Below, in pieces: positions 8,024 through 19,087 of a stretch of DNA of 64,000 bases (positions are counted from its first letter, which is position 1; each line of letters opens with the position of its first letter). The notes under the pieces are model-generated. The model did not search any database. It had not been told where the DNA came from and saw only the letters and a program-made list of their open reading frames with translations. Position numbers and translations under genes: made by a program. This DNA comes from an uncultured bacterium. GTDB taxonomy: Bacteria; Babelota; Babeliae; Babelales; Vermiphilaceae. Location: assembly GCA_963727255.1 (NCBI GenBank), contig CAVSFC010000002.1, positions 288,001-352,000 on the forward strand, given 5' to 3'.

Positions 8024-9292
8024 ATGAATCCCGTTAAAAAACACACTAAAACAATCCCAAAAGCTGCCGGCGTCTATTATTTTAAAGATAAAGATGGGCA
8101 GGTGATTTATGTGGGTAAGGCCAAATCTTTGGCTCACCGCGTAAATTCTTATTTTCAAAAAGGGTATGATTGGAAGGTGATGGCCCTTGTTGAAGAATAC
8201 GCTGATCTTGATTATATTCTCACCAAAAATGAAACCGAGGCCTTGCTGCTTGAAGCGCAGATGATTGCTGAGCATAAGCCAAAATATAATGTCTTGCTCG
8301 TAGAAGGCCAGCCATTTTTATATCTATTGTTTACCACCAATGATCCACTGCCAACATTGGAAGTAGTTCGCAATAAACGCAAAAAGGGCACTTATTTCGG
8401 GCCATTTCTCCATAAACGCCAGGCGCGGGGCGTGGCAGCATATCTTATCGAAACATTCCGTTTAGCACTCTGCAATAAGAAAATTGCCAATGGCTGCCTT
8501 GATTATCATTTGGGTAAATGCGCGGGCAATTGTTTGCATAATTTTGATACCAATGATTATCTCTTTCGGCTCAATCTTGCAATGGACGTGCTCCGCAACA
8601 ACCATAAAGAATCGCTTAAAAATTTAAAAGAAAAAATTAAAGAATATAGCAAAGCACTCGCATTTGAAAATGCACGCCGATTATCCGGATATGTAGAAAA
8701 TCTTGATACCATTTTTGAGACAATTAGGACCCGGTTTCATGAAAAGAAATATAAGGACGACATTTTTGTTGCGACAACTCCGACCAAAATTGCACCTCGA
8801 GATTCTGCATTAGATGAGCTGAGCGAATTTTTACACTTAAATAAGCAAATCAAAACCATCGATTGTTTTGATATCTCCCATTTTCAAAGTAGTTATATCG
8901 TGGGCTCATGTATTCGCTTTAGTAATGGAATTCCGGATAAAAACAATTTTAGACGCTTTCGCATCAAGACATTGGAAACGCAGAATGATTATGCGGCCCT
9001 CCAAGAGATTATTAAACGGCGTTATCGCGATGAAAATGAGATTCCCGATCTGATTATGATAGATGGCGGCAAAGGGCAACTCAGCGCAGCGCAAACAGTA
9101 TTGCCGCAGGGCATGATTATTAGTCTTGCCAAACGGGAAGAAACCATCTTTAGCAATACGATTCCGGATGGCAAAAAATTAGATATTCATAGCCGAGTCG
9201 GGCAACTTTTGATTGCAATTCGCGATTATGCGCATCATTTTGCTATTAGCTATCATAAATTGCGCCGCAAAAAAGGATCATTAGTTAACTGA
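8024..9292 (+). CDS. uvrC: Excinuclease ABC subunit C (short, no C-terminal HhH)
   Basis: GIY-YIG (GVYYF...IYVGKAKSL), EALLLE, FDISH, DLIMIDGGKGQ, RDYAHHFA. Confidence 0.93.
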   Translation: MNPVKKHTKTIPKAAGVYYFKDKDGQVIYVGKAKSLAHRVNSYFQKGYDWKVMALVEEYADLDYILTKNETEALLLEAQMIAEHKPKYNVLLVEGQPFLYLLFTTNDPLPTLEVVRNKRKKGTYFGPFLHKRQARGVAAYLIETFRLALCNKKIANGCLDYHLGKCAGNCLHNFDTNDYLFRLNLAMDVLRNNHKESLKNLKEKIKEYSKALAFENARRLSGYVENLDTIFETIRTRFHEKKYKDDIFVATTPTKIAPRDSALDELSEFLHLNKQIKTIDCFDISHFQSSYIVGSCIRFSNGIPDKNNFRRFRIKTLETQNDYAALQEIIKRRYRDENEIPDLIMIDGGKGQLSAAQTVLPQGMIISLAKREETIFSNTIPDGKKLDIHSRVGQLLIAIRDYAHHFAISYHKLRRKKGSLVN

Positions 9293-10397
9293 TGGCGCAT
9301 ATCATTTCATGAGGAGATGCTTCCGTTACATGAAACTTTTCATGAATATCATGAAGAAATCCAAAGACTTCTTTAAGGGTAATTTTCATGCAACAATTTT
9401 CTATTTCCTTTTTTCTGCATTCTATTTGATCATCCGTTGACTGATTTGGGTTCAATTGCCGACTTGCATACAATATCCCAAGCATGCAGTTTGGAATTTC
9501 CATCCACTGCTTTCTTTCTGCATCCGATGTAAATGCAAGGTGCTCCAGATAAAACTGAATCTTCTGTAAAAACTTCCCGATAAACTGCCTATTCTCAGAA
9601 AATAAGAGCACATATTGTTTTGCAATCTCACATTGTTTCATAACTATGCTCTTCAAAAGCAGCACGATCAACTGGGAATAGGGTTTTTTTGAAAAATCTA
9701 TCTCTTTGCCCTGAATTGCATAGTGAATGTTTGCAATATCTTTTCTATCTATCGAATCTTTCAAAATCTGAAGAATTTTTATACTTGTTCCTACCGGAAG
9801 ATTATCAATGATGCCTAAACAATATTGATGATAATCATTAAATTTTTTGCAATACCATTGTAAATGTTCTGTTATAGCCTTGTATCCATATTTGCTCAGC
9901 AAGGTTGGAATCGTAGTAGCAGATAAATCATAAGGCAAATGTATATCCTTATTGCAAGTAACAAGCTCATTTTTTTCTAATTTTTTAATATACCCTATTT
10001 TTTGCGATAGTGTCGCGTGCACACCATTTTCTATTAGATAAAAATTATGATTTCTGATATAGCTTTTTAGCGCTAAATCTCTAAGGGTAAGGATTTTTGG
10101 ATCTTCATAATTGTGCGATTCTTGCGTTGTTTTTTTTAATCTTAAAGGGCACCCCGTTAAAATTTTATGCGCATTCGTAACCCACAAAAACATATCAATT
10201 TTCTTAACGGAGACGTTGAAGAGTATATCTAGAAAATCATTACTTTCTATGGATTCACCATTATCAATTATTTTAAAGAGATTCTCATAATCAGCATCAA
10301 TCAAACTCGCTTTAATCGGAGATTTTGGCGGCAGCTCCATGCCAATCGCCGTAGTGGCAACTAATAACCCGACAAAAAATAGCAATTTCTTTAACAT
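9285..10397 (-). CDS. Secreted hypothetical protein (putative effector)
   Basis: GGAGG RBS; MLKKLLFFVGLLVATTAIG|MEL. Confidence 0.75.
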   Translation of the reverse strand: MLKKLLFFVGLLVATTAIGMELPPKSPIKASLIDADYENLFKIIDNGESIESNDFLDILFNVSVKKIDMFLWVTNAHKILTGCPLRLKKTTQESHNYEDPKILTLRDLALKSYIRNHNFYLIENGVHATLSQKIGYIKKLEKNELVTCNKDIHLPYDLSATTIPTLLSKYGYKAITEHLQWYCKKFNDYHQYCLGIIDNLPVGTSIKILQILKDSIDRKDIANIHYAIQGKEIDFSKKPYSQLIVLLLKSIVMKQCEIAKQYVLLFSENRQFIGKFLQKIQFYLEHLAFTSDAERKQWMEIPNCMLGILYASRQLNPNQSTDDQIECRKKEIENCCMKITLKEVFGFLHDIHEKFHVTEASPHEMICAIS

Positions 10398-10515
10398 ATA
10401 ACCCTCCATAACGGCTTAAGACTTTTATTTATTACTAATATAAATTATTTATATATAAAGTCAAGCCTATCTTGCTTTTTTTACACCAAGAAGGCTCAAT
10501 CTGGCCTCAATTGGC

Positions 10516-10965
10516 CTAATGGGCTCGAGAGGGGATGGCGGCGAGAGGGGCCTTCAGGGCTTTTTTCTTGGATAGGAGTGCTTGCAGGGCAGCGCTAGGC
10601 TGATTTGAATTATGGTTAAAAGCAACGAGCGCTTGCAGATTACGATTACCAGTAGGCTGATTAGCCCTATAGTTCCGATATCCCCAGCCACAAAAAGCGG
10701 CTATTCCAAGCCCGAAGATCGTCCCCATAGCCCAGGATTCACAGGGCTGTACTCCGCATTTATTTTCAGTAACCGCAAAAAGGAGTTGGCTTGCGCTTGC
10801 AATGCCCCAGCTGGCCGTGAGCAGCCCAAGCCCCATTTGCTCATAACGTCTCAATCCATCAAACCTTCTATCTATTTGTTGGCCTTGAATGCCCTGAAAA
10901 GCTAATATGCTATGAACAAAGAAAATGATTAGCATATACTGGTAGGAAGTAGAGATTTTTAACAT
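10516..10965 (-). CDS. Hypothetical membrane protein
   Basis: 149 aa ORF with N-terminal hydrophobic segment and two further TM-like segments. Confidence 0.55.
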   Translation of the reverse strand: MLKISTSYQYMLIIFFVHSILAFQGIQGQQIDRRFDGLRRYEQMGLGLLTASWGIASASQLLFAVTENKCGVQPCESWAMGTIFGLGIAAFCGWGYRNYRANQPTGNRNLQALVAFNHNSNQPSAALQALLSKKKALKAPLAAIPSRAH

Positions 10966-10998
10966 GTTTTTCCCTGAAAATTTAAGTATTTTTATCGC

Positions 10999-11562
10999 AT
11001 GCTAAAGCCATTGTATATCATATTAGAACTGATTAGCATAGTCGCTGAACCCCAAGAAATTCCCTCTATAATTCCACATCTTTTAAGCATTCAAAAGAGG
11101 CATGAAAAAACAATTTTTTATCTCGATCAAGCTATCTTTAGGGCCCAATTCGGAGTAGAAACCTCAGAAGAATCAAGCCAACTTCCAATCGATTCCCCAA
11201 ACCATATCTGCGAGGGGAGCTGCCTGTATAATTTTCAGAATGCTAAAAAACAGGTTATTGAACTCTTTTCTGCCGCCAGAGCCGGATCATTAATAAGAGT
11301 TAAATCGTATTTCACTGACTACCCTGATTTGGTCGATTTCCGGGATGAAAAAGGCCAAACGATCCTTCATAAAGCCGTATTTGCCAAGAATCCCACCCTT
11401 ATTGTGATGATTTTAAGCAAATATCCTGCCTTGGCCCCAATTGAAGACAATTCCTATAAAAATCCCCTGCATTATGCCCTTGAAGGAAACCCCCTTAAAG
11501 TAGGCCTCTTTTTGAAGGTTGCTTATGGGGGAAACCCCTCTTTATGCCAAAAAAACTCATAA
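10999..11562 (+). CDS. Ankyrin-repeat protein (start uncertain)
   Basis: LFSAARAG, DEKGQTILHKAV, NPLHYAL ankyrin motifs. Confidence 0.7.
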   Translation: MLKPLYIILELISIVAEPQEIPSIIPHLLSIQKRHEKTIFYLDQAIFRAQFGVETSEESSQLPIDSPNHICEGSCLYNFQNAKKQVIELFSAARAGSLIRVKSYFTDYPDLVDFRDEKGQTILHKAVFAKNPTLIVMILSKYPALAPIEDNSYKNPLHYALEGNPLKVGLFLKVAYGGNPSLCQKNS

Positions 11563-11727
11563 TTTGGCCTATAAATTAGAACTTATCTCCCTCCCCCACA
11601 ATTTTCAGGTATCAAAAAAGGCCTAATTTAGAACTATTTAGCTATTTTAGACTGAATTTTCCATTGACAATATGAATTATTCCTATACAATGAAAAGTAA
11701 TGGATATATAAAGTCTGGGAGGTTATT

Positions 11728-12231
11728 ATGTATAAAAAACTCTTTTTAGCTCTATCTTTCATAATGGCAATGCCCGCTCAGGCAATCAATTTTGCCAGCA
11801 TATACAATTCTGCTCGATCATGGGTCCAAAAAGCAGCTTCGACTATTCCCTTTAGCCGGCCAAGCACCCCCCTTATGGTGGCGGGAGGCGTAGCGGCTCT
11901 CACTGCTGCAAGTTGCGCAGCATTGGAAATAAGCGAGAATTATCAAGATAAAATCGATTCAAACCAGTTAATCTCTCAAATAGCCTGCAATCCTGGCGTA
12001 GCAGTCGATAATTATTTATTCATCTCAACTTTTCTTTTTAAAAACAGCATTCCTTTTGAGATCGGGCAAGAAATATTTAAGCCAGAGCTAGTCATTGAGA
12101 AATTACAACTTGCCCAGGAGCGCTATTCACTCTTGAACCTTCCTATCACAAAGGCATTAGCAGTCCCCGCTTCTATAATAGTCGGTCTGGCAGCATATAA
12201 ACTTTCTCAATATTATTTTCGAAAAAAATAA
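11728..12231 (+). CDS. Secreted/membrane hypothetical protein
   Basis: GGAGG RBS; signal peptide ending AQA; two hydrophobic segments; TTGACA at 11664. Confidence 0.75.
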   Translation: MYKKLFLALSFIMAMPAQAINFASIYNSARSWVQKAASTIPFSRPSTPLMVAGGVAALTAASCAALEISENYQDKIDSNQLISQIACNPGVAVDNYLFISTFLFKNSIPFEIGQEIFKPELVIEKLQLAQERYSLLNLPITKALAVPASIIVGLAAYKLSQYYFRKK

Positions 12232-12349
12232 ATTTCATATTTTATATCATTTCCATTAGTTCTTTTCATTCCACAAATTCGAATTTGACAAATAGATTAT
12301 CGAACTATAGTTATAGAATAATACCTGCTAAATGCATCCTGGATAAAAT

Positions 12350-13831
12350 ATGAATAGAATTAAAACAAACTTGTTTTTTTATATGCTCAGCATCTCTTTT
12401 GGACTACAAGCAATGGAGAAATCAGGAATCAAAGATGTGTATGGTGATGTCCTGAGCTCAGCATCACAAGAGTACAAAATATTATATGAACATTGTAATA
12501 CTCTAAAAAACATGCAGAAAGGTTTCTATGCGCTCGAAGATCCTGATTTCAAAAATAAAAATATACCTTCTTTTGTAACCGAAACAAATCTCGTCTATCT
12601 TGCAAAAATTATTGATAATCCCACACTCATAGAACAAGAATCATGCCCAAATACCATTTTTGAACTTTTCAAGCTCGCTGATTATCTTCAGGCGCCCGAG
12701 AAAACTTTAGGTTCATTAGCTATCCCTGCCTATAATCATGCAACTACCTTATATAATAAACCATTACAATTTTCTTTAGAACATCACATCAAAGCAGGCT
12801 ATCATCCAACCACAAAGATGTTATTAGAACGAGCCCAACGCCATTCTATGAAAAAGCTTGTTAATATTGCTTCCTTTCATCTGCCCTTTTATCCAAATTT
12901 TGCAGTATTTTTGCATGATTATCCGGTAAAAAAAATACTGAAATTATTTGAACATTATGAAAATTCTTGTGATCTTAACCTTTCTGCAGAAGCTTTAAAA
13001 AAAGAGCTCGGTTGCACTAAAAAAATTGCAAGCTTAGAAGGTATTGAGGCACTCAGCAAAATTAGCTTGGCGCCCAATGTTACCCATATAACGGCATCAA
13101 ACCAATACATTGAATCAGTAAACATAGGATCCTTGGCTAAAGCTTTCCCCGCATTGAGAAACCTAAATCTTTCAAGGAATCAATTAAAAAAACTTACTCG
13201 AAAAAGTTTACGCGGTTTACCACCCGAATTTAATCTCGATCTTTCTAAAAATAAAATTACGGAAATTGAAGAAGCATGCTTTGACTTTCCAAGCGCACTC
13301 AAGAAAGTAAAAATTAACCTCAACGATAATCCCTTGGCTTGCATGGATAACAAAATATTTAATCAATCATATAGCGAGAGAATAAAAACATTGATTAAAT
13401 CTTTGAGCGCAAAAAGTTTAATTGCTTTCGGATCATTGCGTATTGATAAAGAAAACATAGGCATTCTTCTCGGGGGCTTGAGGGTAATTACTGCAAAAAA
13501 TATCCCCTCCTTACATATGGCCATAGAAGAAATCCTATCTGGAATAGCGCCAAATTTTGATGCAGTAATATTAGACAGAGAACTGATTCACAAATCTGAA
13601 ATAGTTAGTATATCGACTCAAAGTAGGTGGATGGACTCAATTGCGAGATGTGCAGGCGCAATTTGTATCCTTGCTGGAATTTTGTTTATATATTCTGATA
13701 TTCAAGATAATTATATCAATAATCTAGATCAAGCAATCGCTCGTGATTCCTATCGCATAAAAGTCGAAAGCGATACAAAGCCGATAGAATTCCCATCAAA
13801 TTATACCTATCGTCTTTTTGGAAAGTCGTGA
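12350..13831 (+). CDS. Secreted Skp1/BTB-POZ-like plus leucine-rich-repeat protein
   Basis: LQA|MEK; CNTLKNM and TIFELFKLADYL resemble Skp1; LRRs LRNLNLSRNQL, LDLSKNKI, INLNDNPL; C-terminal TM. Confidence 0.75.
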   Translation: MNRIKTNLFFYMLSISFGLQAMEKSGIKDVYGDVLSSASQEYKILYEHCNTLKNMQKGFYALEDPDFKNKNIPSFVTETNLVYLAKIIDNPTLIEQESCPNTIFELFKLADYLQAPEKTLGSLAIPAYNHATTLYNKPLQFSLEHHIKAGYHPTTKMLLERAQRHSMKKLVNIASFHLPFYPNFAVFLHDYPVKKILKLFEHYENSCDLNLSAEALKKELGCTKKIASLEGIEALSKISLAPNVTHITASNQYIESVNIGSLAKAFPALRNLNLSRNQLKKLTRKSLRGLPPEFNLDLSKNKITEIEEACFDFPSALKKVKINLNDNPLACMDNKIFNQSYSERIKTLIKSLSAKSLIAFGSLRIDKENIGILLGGLRVITAKNIPSLHMAIEEILSGIAPNFDAVILDRELIHKSEIVSISTQSRWMDSIARCAGAICILAGILFIYSDIQDNYINNLDQAIARDSYRIKVESDTKPIEFPSNYTYRLFGKS

Positions 13832-13974
13832 AATTTAATCAATATCCATAAAATCAAGCACTCATTCAAAAAAGCAGCGATACTCTCCCCATCTTCTTGG
13901 AAGCACAATTAATGAAGATTTTTGCCGAACAATATCCCTTGTTATTTTTGTTCGAAAAAAAGCAACTTGATTGC

Positions 13975-14250
13975 TCAATTTGAAAACGAATCAGCAATTA
14001 AATCACATACAATAAACATCATGGCTGAGGCCACTGGCAAATTATCTGCGATTGGGCACTGATTGCCGCATTGTTTTACAAACTTCAGCGCTTCTGTGAT
14101 ACCCATACTCGCGAAAAGTATGCCATAATTGGCCACATCGCGATTAAGTGACTTTTGATATTCTGCTATTGATTTGAGAAGCTCTTCTTTATTCATACCA
14201 CGGCAATTGGCAGCCAAACTCGCAAATAATAGGAGTTTTGCAAACTTCAT
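13975..14250 (-). CDS. Small secreted hypothetical protein
   Basis: Start re-called at MKFAKLLLFASLAANCRG|MNK with GGGGG RBS. Confidence 0.6.
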   Translation of the reverse strand: MKFAKLLLFASLAANCRGMNKEELLKSIAEYQKSLNRDVANYGILFASMGITEALKFVKQCGNQCPIADNLPVASAMMFIVCDLIADSFSN

Positions 14251-14393
14251 AGATTCCCCCTTCTTTTTTTCTAGTCCCTCATAGTAATATTGCCAAAAAT
14301 AGAAGAAAAAACGCAATCGTAAGTCATAATCTTGTAGGTTTTTGTGTATGCCGTTACACTATAAAAAAAACACATAATTAGTTTGTAGCCATT

Positions 14394-16957
14394 ATGAAAC
14401 TTGATCAATTTACTCATGCCAGCCAAGAGCTCATTCAAAAAGCCGCAGTGCTCGCGCAAGAAAAACAAAATCCTATACTCACACCGCTTCATTTGCTTGC
14501 TGCATCAATCAATGAAGATTTTTGCCGATCATTCTTTTTTTCGCTTGGCATTAATCTTGATCAATTAAAAACTATCGTCAATACAGAAATTGATCGGTTG
14601 CCGCGCGCAACTGGATCCCAATTGGCAGTCGATCAAGCCTTTGAACAATTTATTTCAGCATGCCAAAAACAGGCTCAAGAATTAGGCGATACGTATGTGA
14701 GCCTCGAATCTTTTTTGCTGCAATTTGCAACATCAAATTTCTTACCGCCATCAATTCGTGACTTTTTTGCGCAAAATAGATTTACTAAACAAAGAATTCT
14801 TGAACATATGCAAGAAATCCGAAAGGGAAAACGGTGAGTAATCAAAATGCAGAAAAACAATATCAAATATTAGAAAAATATTGCATAAATATCACCAAAC
14901 AAGCGCGTGATGGCAAGCTTGATCCGGTTATTGGCCGCCATGAAGAAATCCGTCGCGTTGTCCAAATTCTTTCACGGCGCACTAAAAATAATCCGGTACT
15001 CATTGGCGAGCCAGGCGTTGGCAAAACAGCCATCGTTGAAGGAATTGCTCAACGAATTATCAATAATGATGTTCCTGAAAGTTTAAAAAATAAACAAATT
15101 TATGCACTTGATTTGGGTTTGCTCATTGCTGGCGCAAAATATCAAGGGGAATTTGAAGAGCGCTTAAAGGGCGTACTCAAAGAAATTGAAGAGGGCAAAG
15201 ATGATATTATTCTTTTTATAGATGAACTGCATATGCTCGTTGGCGCAGGTTCGCATGGCGGCGGCATGGATGCATCCAATTTATTAAAACCGGCGCTTGC
15301 CCGAGGCACATTGCATTGCATTGGCGCAACAACGCTCAAAGAATATAAAAAATATATAGAAAAAGATGCGGCTCTTGAACGCCGATTCCAAAAAGTACTC
15401 GTTGAAGAACCAACGATTGAAGATGCAATTTCAATTTTGCGCGGACTCAAAGAACGCTATGAACTGCATCATGGCATTCACATCAAAGATCAAGCACTTG
15501 TTGATGCAGTGTTACTTTCTGCAAAATATATTCCTGATAGATTTTTGCCCGATAAAGCAATTGATTTGATCGATGAAGCAGCATCAATGGTTAAAATGTC
15601 GATCGATTCACAACCAGAAGCGATTGATAAATTGATCGCAAAATCCGGCAATTGGAAATTGAAAAAGTTGCACTCACCAAAGAAAAAGAAGATCCGGTTG
15701 CAAAAAAACGGCTTGCAGAACTTGAACAAGAACTTGCCAATCTCAAAGAACAACATCAAAAGCTGCTAGCAACTGGAAAGCTGAAAAAGCACCACTTGAA
15801 CAAATCAATAAATTAAAAGAAGAAATTGAAGCAGCAAAATTGCAATTTATGGCAGCAGAACGGGAAGGGGATTATGCCAAAGCATCTGAAATTAAATATG
15901 GCAAAATTGCAAAATTAGAAGCTGAAGTTGCCAAAGAGCAAGAAAAGCTTAAAAAACTTAGATACCAATCTAATCAAGCAACAAGTTGATGAAGATGATA
16001 TTGCCGCAGTGCTTTCGCGCTGGACAAAAATTCCTGTTGCAAAACTCAAAAAAAGTGAATCGGAAAAATTCTTGGCTATGGAAGATACGCTCAAGATGCG
16101 AGTCATTGGCCAAGATGAAGCAATTGAAAAAGTTTCGCATGCAATTCAAATGCATCGCGCCGGCCTTACTGATCCCAATAAACCAATCGGCTCATTTTTA
16201 TTCTTGGGCCCAACTGGCGTTGGTAAAACAGAAGTTGCAAAAACACTTGCAGATTTTTTATTCAATGATCCGAACAAAATGATTCGCATTGATATGTCTG
16301 AATATATGGAAAAGCATGCAGTTGCACGTTTGATTGGCGCTCCTCCCGGATATGTTGGCTATGAAGAGGGCGGCCAACTTACCGAACAAGTGCGCCGGCA
16401 TCCATATTCAGCGTTATATTATTTGATGAAGATTGAAAAAGCGCATCCGGATGTATTTAATATATTCTTGCAAATCCTTGATGAAGGCAGATTGACCGAT
16501 AGCCAGGGCCGCACCGTTTCATTTAAAAATACCATTATTATTATGACCTCAAATATCGGCTCTCATCTAATTTTGCAAGCAAAAGAATTAACTGAGAAAA
16601 TAAAAGATCAGATTGAAGGCATTATTGCAAAAAGCCTTCAGGCCGGAATTTTTAAATCGTATTGATGCAATTGTATTCTATCGCAAGCTCAACGAAAAAG
16701 ATGTTGCACAAATTGCAGAAATTCAACTGCAAGCGCTTATTAATCGATTATTAGAAAAACATATCACGCTTGCTGTTGATGATGATGTGATTGCGCATTT
16801 GGCGCAGGAAGGATATTCGCCGGAATTTGGTGCACGCCCACTCAAACGCACCATTCAACAATTGGTTTTGGTGCCTATTTCGCAATATTTGCTCAAAAAT
16901 CCTGAAGCAAAAAACATTTCTTTACAGCTTAAGGATAAAAAAATCGTAATTGCATAA
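14394..16957 (+). CDS. clpB: ATP-dependent chaperone ClpB, split by several frameshifts
   Basis: Clp-N domain; [17 protein letters not shown]; middle coiled coil; [26 protein letters not shown], spread over consecutive ORFs. Confidence 0.93.
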
Positions 16958-17072
16958 TCAATTAGATCTTCTTTAGTATATTCATGAGACATTGAGCATA
17001 CTATATCCAGAATTGCTGGCACTAAGAAAATTCATTCCATAAATTAGTGCAACAAGCCGATGGGAGATTCTC

Positions 17073-17912
17073 ATGAGATTATATCTAATTCTCTTTTCTA
17101 TCAGTTCAATGCTTAATGGAATGGAGCTTCCTGAGCAGTTACCAATAAAAACATCTGGGTCAAAAAAAATCCGAGCAATAGAAAAAATACGGCTACGAGA
17201 AAGGTTGTATGTTGCATTAGCGGCTAAAAATTCAAAAGAAGTCGAGTGCCTGCTTCAAAAAGACATTAATCCAAATCGAGCATCAAAAGACAAAACTACT
17301 CCCTTAATTGCTGCAATTAAAACACAAGATCATGATCTGATTAAGTTACTTCTTGCTGCAGGCGCAGATCCTGGTAAACCGGATCGCTGGAAAAATTTTC
17401 CTCTCATGGAGGCCACCAGAGCTAAGGACATTTTTACCGTAAAACTATTGCTGCAGAATAAAGCTAACCCCGAAATCGTAGGCAATGATTTGCAGACTCC
17501 TTTAATCTACTCATGCGAATATTTTAAATCTTCTGGTAATCTAGAAACCATTATTTATGAATTTCTCAAAACACGCTGCAATCTTAATACAAAAGATAAT
17601 TTGGGCAGAACCGCACTCCATTATATTTGCACCAAGAATCATTCTATTACATCCCTTCTTTTAAAGAATGGGGCTGACCCAAATATCAAAGATAACTTTA
17701 AAGTAACGCCTCTGCTAAAAATACTCATACACGGCTGCAAATCAACCAACCAAGAGGATGCTCAATTCTTGATTGCAAATGTTCAAGAACTCGTAGCAGC
17801 TGGCGGTAATCCTGACATAAAAAATCGCAGGGGACTTTCTGCCCGCGATTACGCAAAGTATACCGGTCTTGAGTTTATTTTAGACACTAAGGAATCTCAT
17901 GAACAAAAATAA
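17073..17912 (+). CDS. Secreted ankyrin-repeat protein
   Basis: MLNG|MEL; multiple TPL/TALH...LL.GADPN repeats. Confidence 0.9.
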   Translation: MRLYLILFSISSMLNGMELPEQLPIKTSGSKKIRAIEKIRLRERLYVALAAKNSKEVECLLQKDINPNRASKDKTTPLIAAIKTQDHDLIKLLLAAGADPGKPDRWKNFPLMEATRAKDIFTVKLLLQNKANPEIVGNDLQTPLIYSCEYFKSSGNLETIIYEFLKTRCNLNTKDNLGRTALHYICTKNHSITSLLLKNGADPNIKDNFKVTPLLKILIHGCKSTNQEDAQFLIANVQELVAAGGNPDIKNRRGLSARDYAKYTGLEFILDTKESHEQK

Positions 17913-18651
17913 CTTAATATATATTGCTAATTGGAAGATGTATTTTACTCATAATCAGGCGCTTGCATGGATAAAGAATCATAGGCAAGCACTCAACACA
18001 TTGGGCCATACTGCTTCGATAGCTATTTGCCCCTCTTTTGATGCACTCGCGTCAGTGGGACATGCACTCAAAGATACCGGCATTGCCCTTGGCGCTCAAG
18101 ATTGTTCGGCACATAATCCCGGTGCTTATACCGGCCAAATCTTAGCAACTTCGCTCAAGGAAATTGGGTGCACCTATTGCATTATCGGCCATTCAGAAGT
18201 ACGCAAAGAATATAAAGAAACTCATGAGACAATTGCAAAAAAAGCGGGACTTTTGCTTGAACTGGGCATTATTCCTATTATATGTGTTGGCGAATCCGCC
18301 CAAGAATATGAGCAGGAACTGGGGGTTCAAACAATTGAACAGCAGTTGGTTCCGCTCTTGCAATCAATCAAATCCCAGGCGGTGCATAAAACCATCGGCA
18401 TCGCCTATGAACCGCTCTGGGTGATTGGCACAGACTCGATTCCTCCTGCTGACTATCTAGCCTCCCAGCTGGAGACAATAAAAAGGCTTTGCAGCCAACA
18501 TATTCCTGATACCAAAGCCTTGCCATTATATGGTGGAAACGTCAATGAATGGACCATAAAACCATTCAAGGATGCCCGGTTGCTCGATGGCGTTTTAATT
18601 GGGAGTGCAAGTACTGATTTTCAAAAGCTTCAAAAAATAGTATTATCATAA
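17899..18651 (+). CDS. tpiA: Triosephosphate isomerase
   Basis: ANWKM, GAYTG, IGHSE, IAYEP, YGG motifs. Confidence 0.95.
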   Translation: MNKNNLIYIANWKMYFTHNQALAWIKNHRQALNTLGHTASIAICPSFDALASVGHALKDTGIALGAQDCSAHNPGAYTGQILATSLKEIGCTYCIIGHSEVRKEYKETHETIAKKAGLLLELGIIPIICVGESAQEYEQELGVQTIEQQLVPLLQSIKSQAVHKTIGIAYEPLWVIGTDSIPPADYLASQLETIKRLCSQHIPDTKALPLYGGNVNEWTIKPFKDARLLDGVLIGSASTDFQKLQKIVLS

Positions 18652-18685
18652 GCAATATCTAATTAACATGCTCTTCATAGTTACT

Positions 18686-18724
18686 CCGTTCGTGGCGACC
18701 CTTCGATAAACTCAGGGCAAACGG
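18686..18724. repeat. Short (truncated) member of the palindromic REP-like family
   Basis: CCGTTCG...CCCTTCGATAAACTCAGGGCAAACGG; ends like those at 22323 and 32691. Confidence 0.55.
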
Positions 18725-18769
18725 GTTACAGGGGGAATCATGCGAGAGCCAAATTTTGCAAGGTAAACC

Positions 18770-19087
18770 ATGCTTTACGGATTATTACTCAGCCTCTTTA
18801 TCTTCGTCTGTCTCTTATTGATCCTCATAATTCTCATCCAGCAAGGAAAGGGAAATATGGGCCTCGGCAACATGGGCGGTGGCGCTCAGATGCTCTTTGG
18901 CGGATCAGGCGGCCAAGACCTTTTCCAAAAAATTACCTGGGTTCTCGGAACCCTCTTTATGGCCGGATCACTTTTCTTGGCTTTAATGAAATCCCAAAGC
19001 ATTGGCAGCACTCGGTATGCTCGCCAGCCTATGGCACCGGTATCTTCTGAAGCGCCGGCAGTTCCAGGAACGCCTGACGAATACTAA
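18770..19087 (+). CDS. secG: Preprotein translocase subunit SecG
   Basis: TM-ILIQQGKG...LFGGSG...KITW-TM; follows tpiA. Confidence 0.93.
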   Translation: MLYGLLLSLFIFVCLLLILIILIQQGKGNMGLGNMGGGAQMLFGGSGGQDLFQKITWVLGTLFMAGSLFLALMKSQSIGSTRYARQPMAPVSSEAPAVPGTPDEY

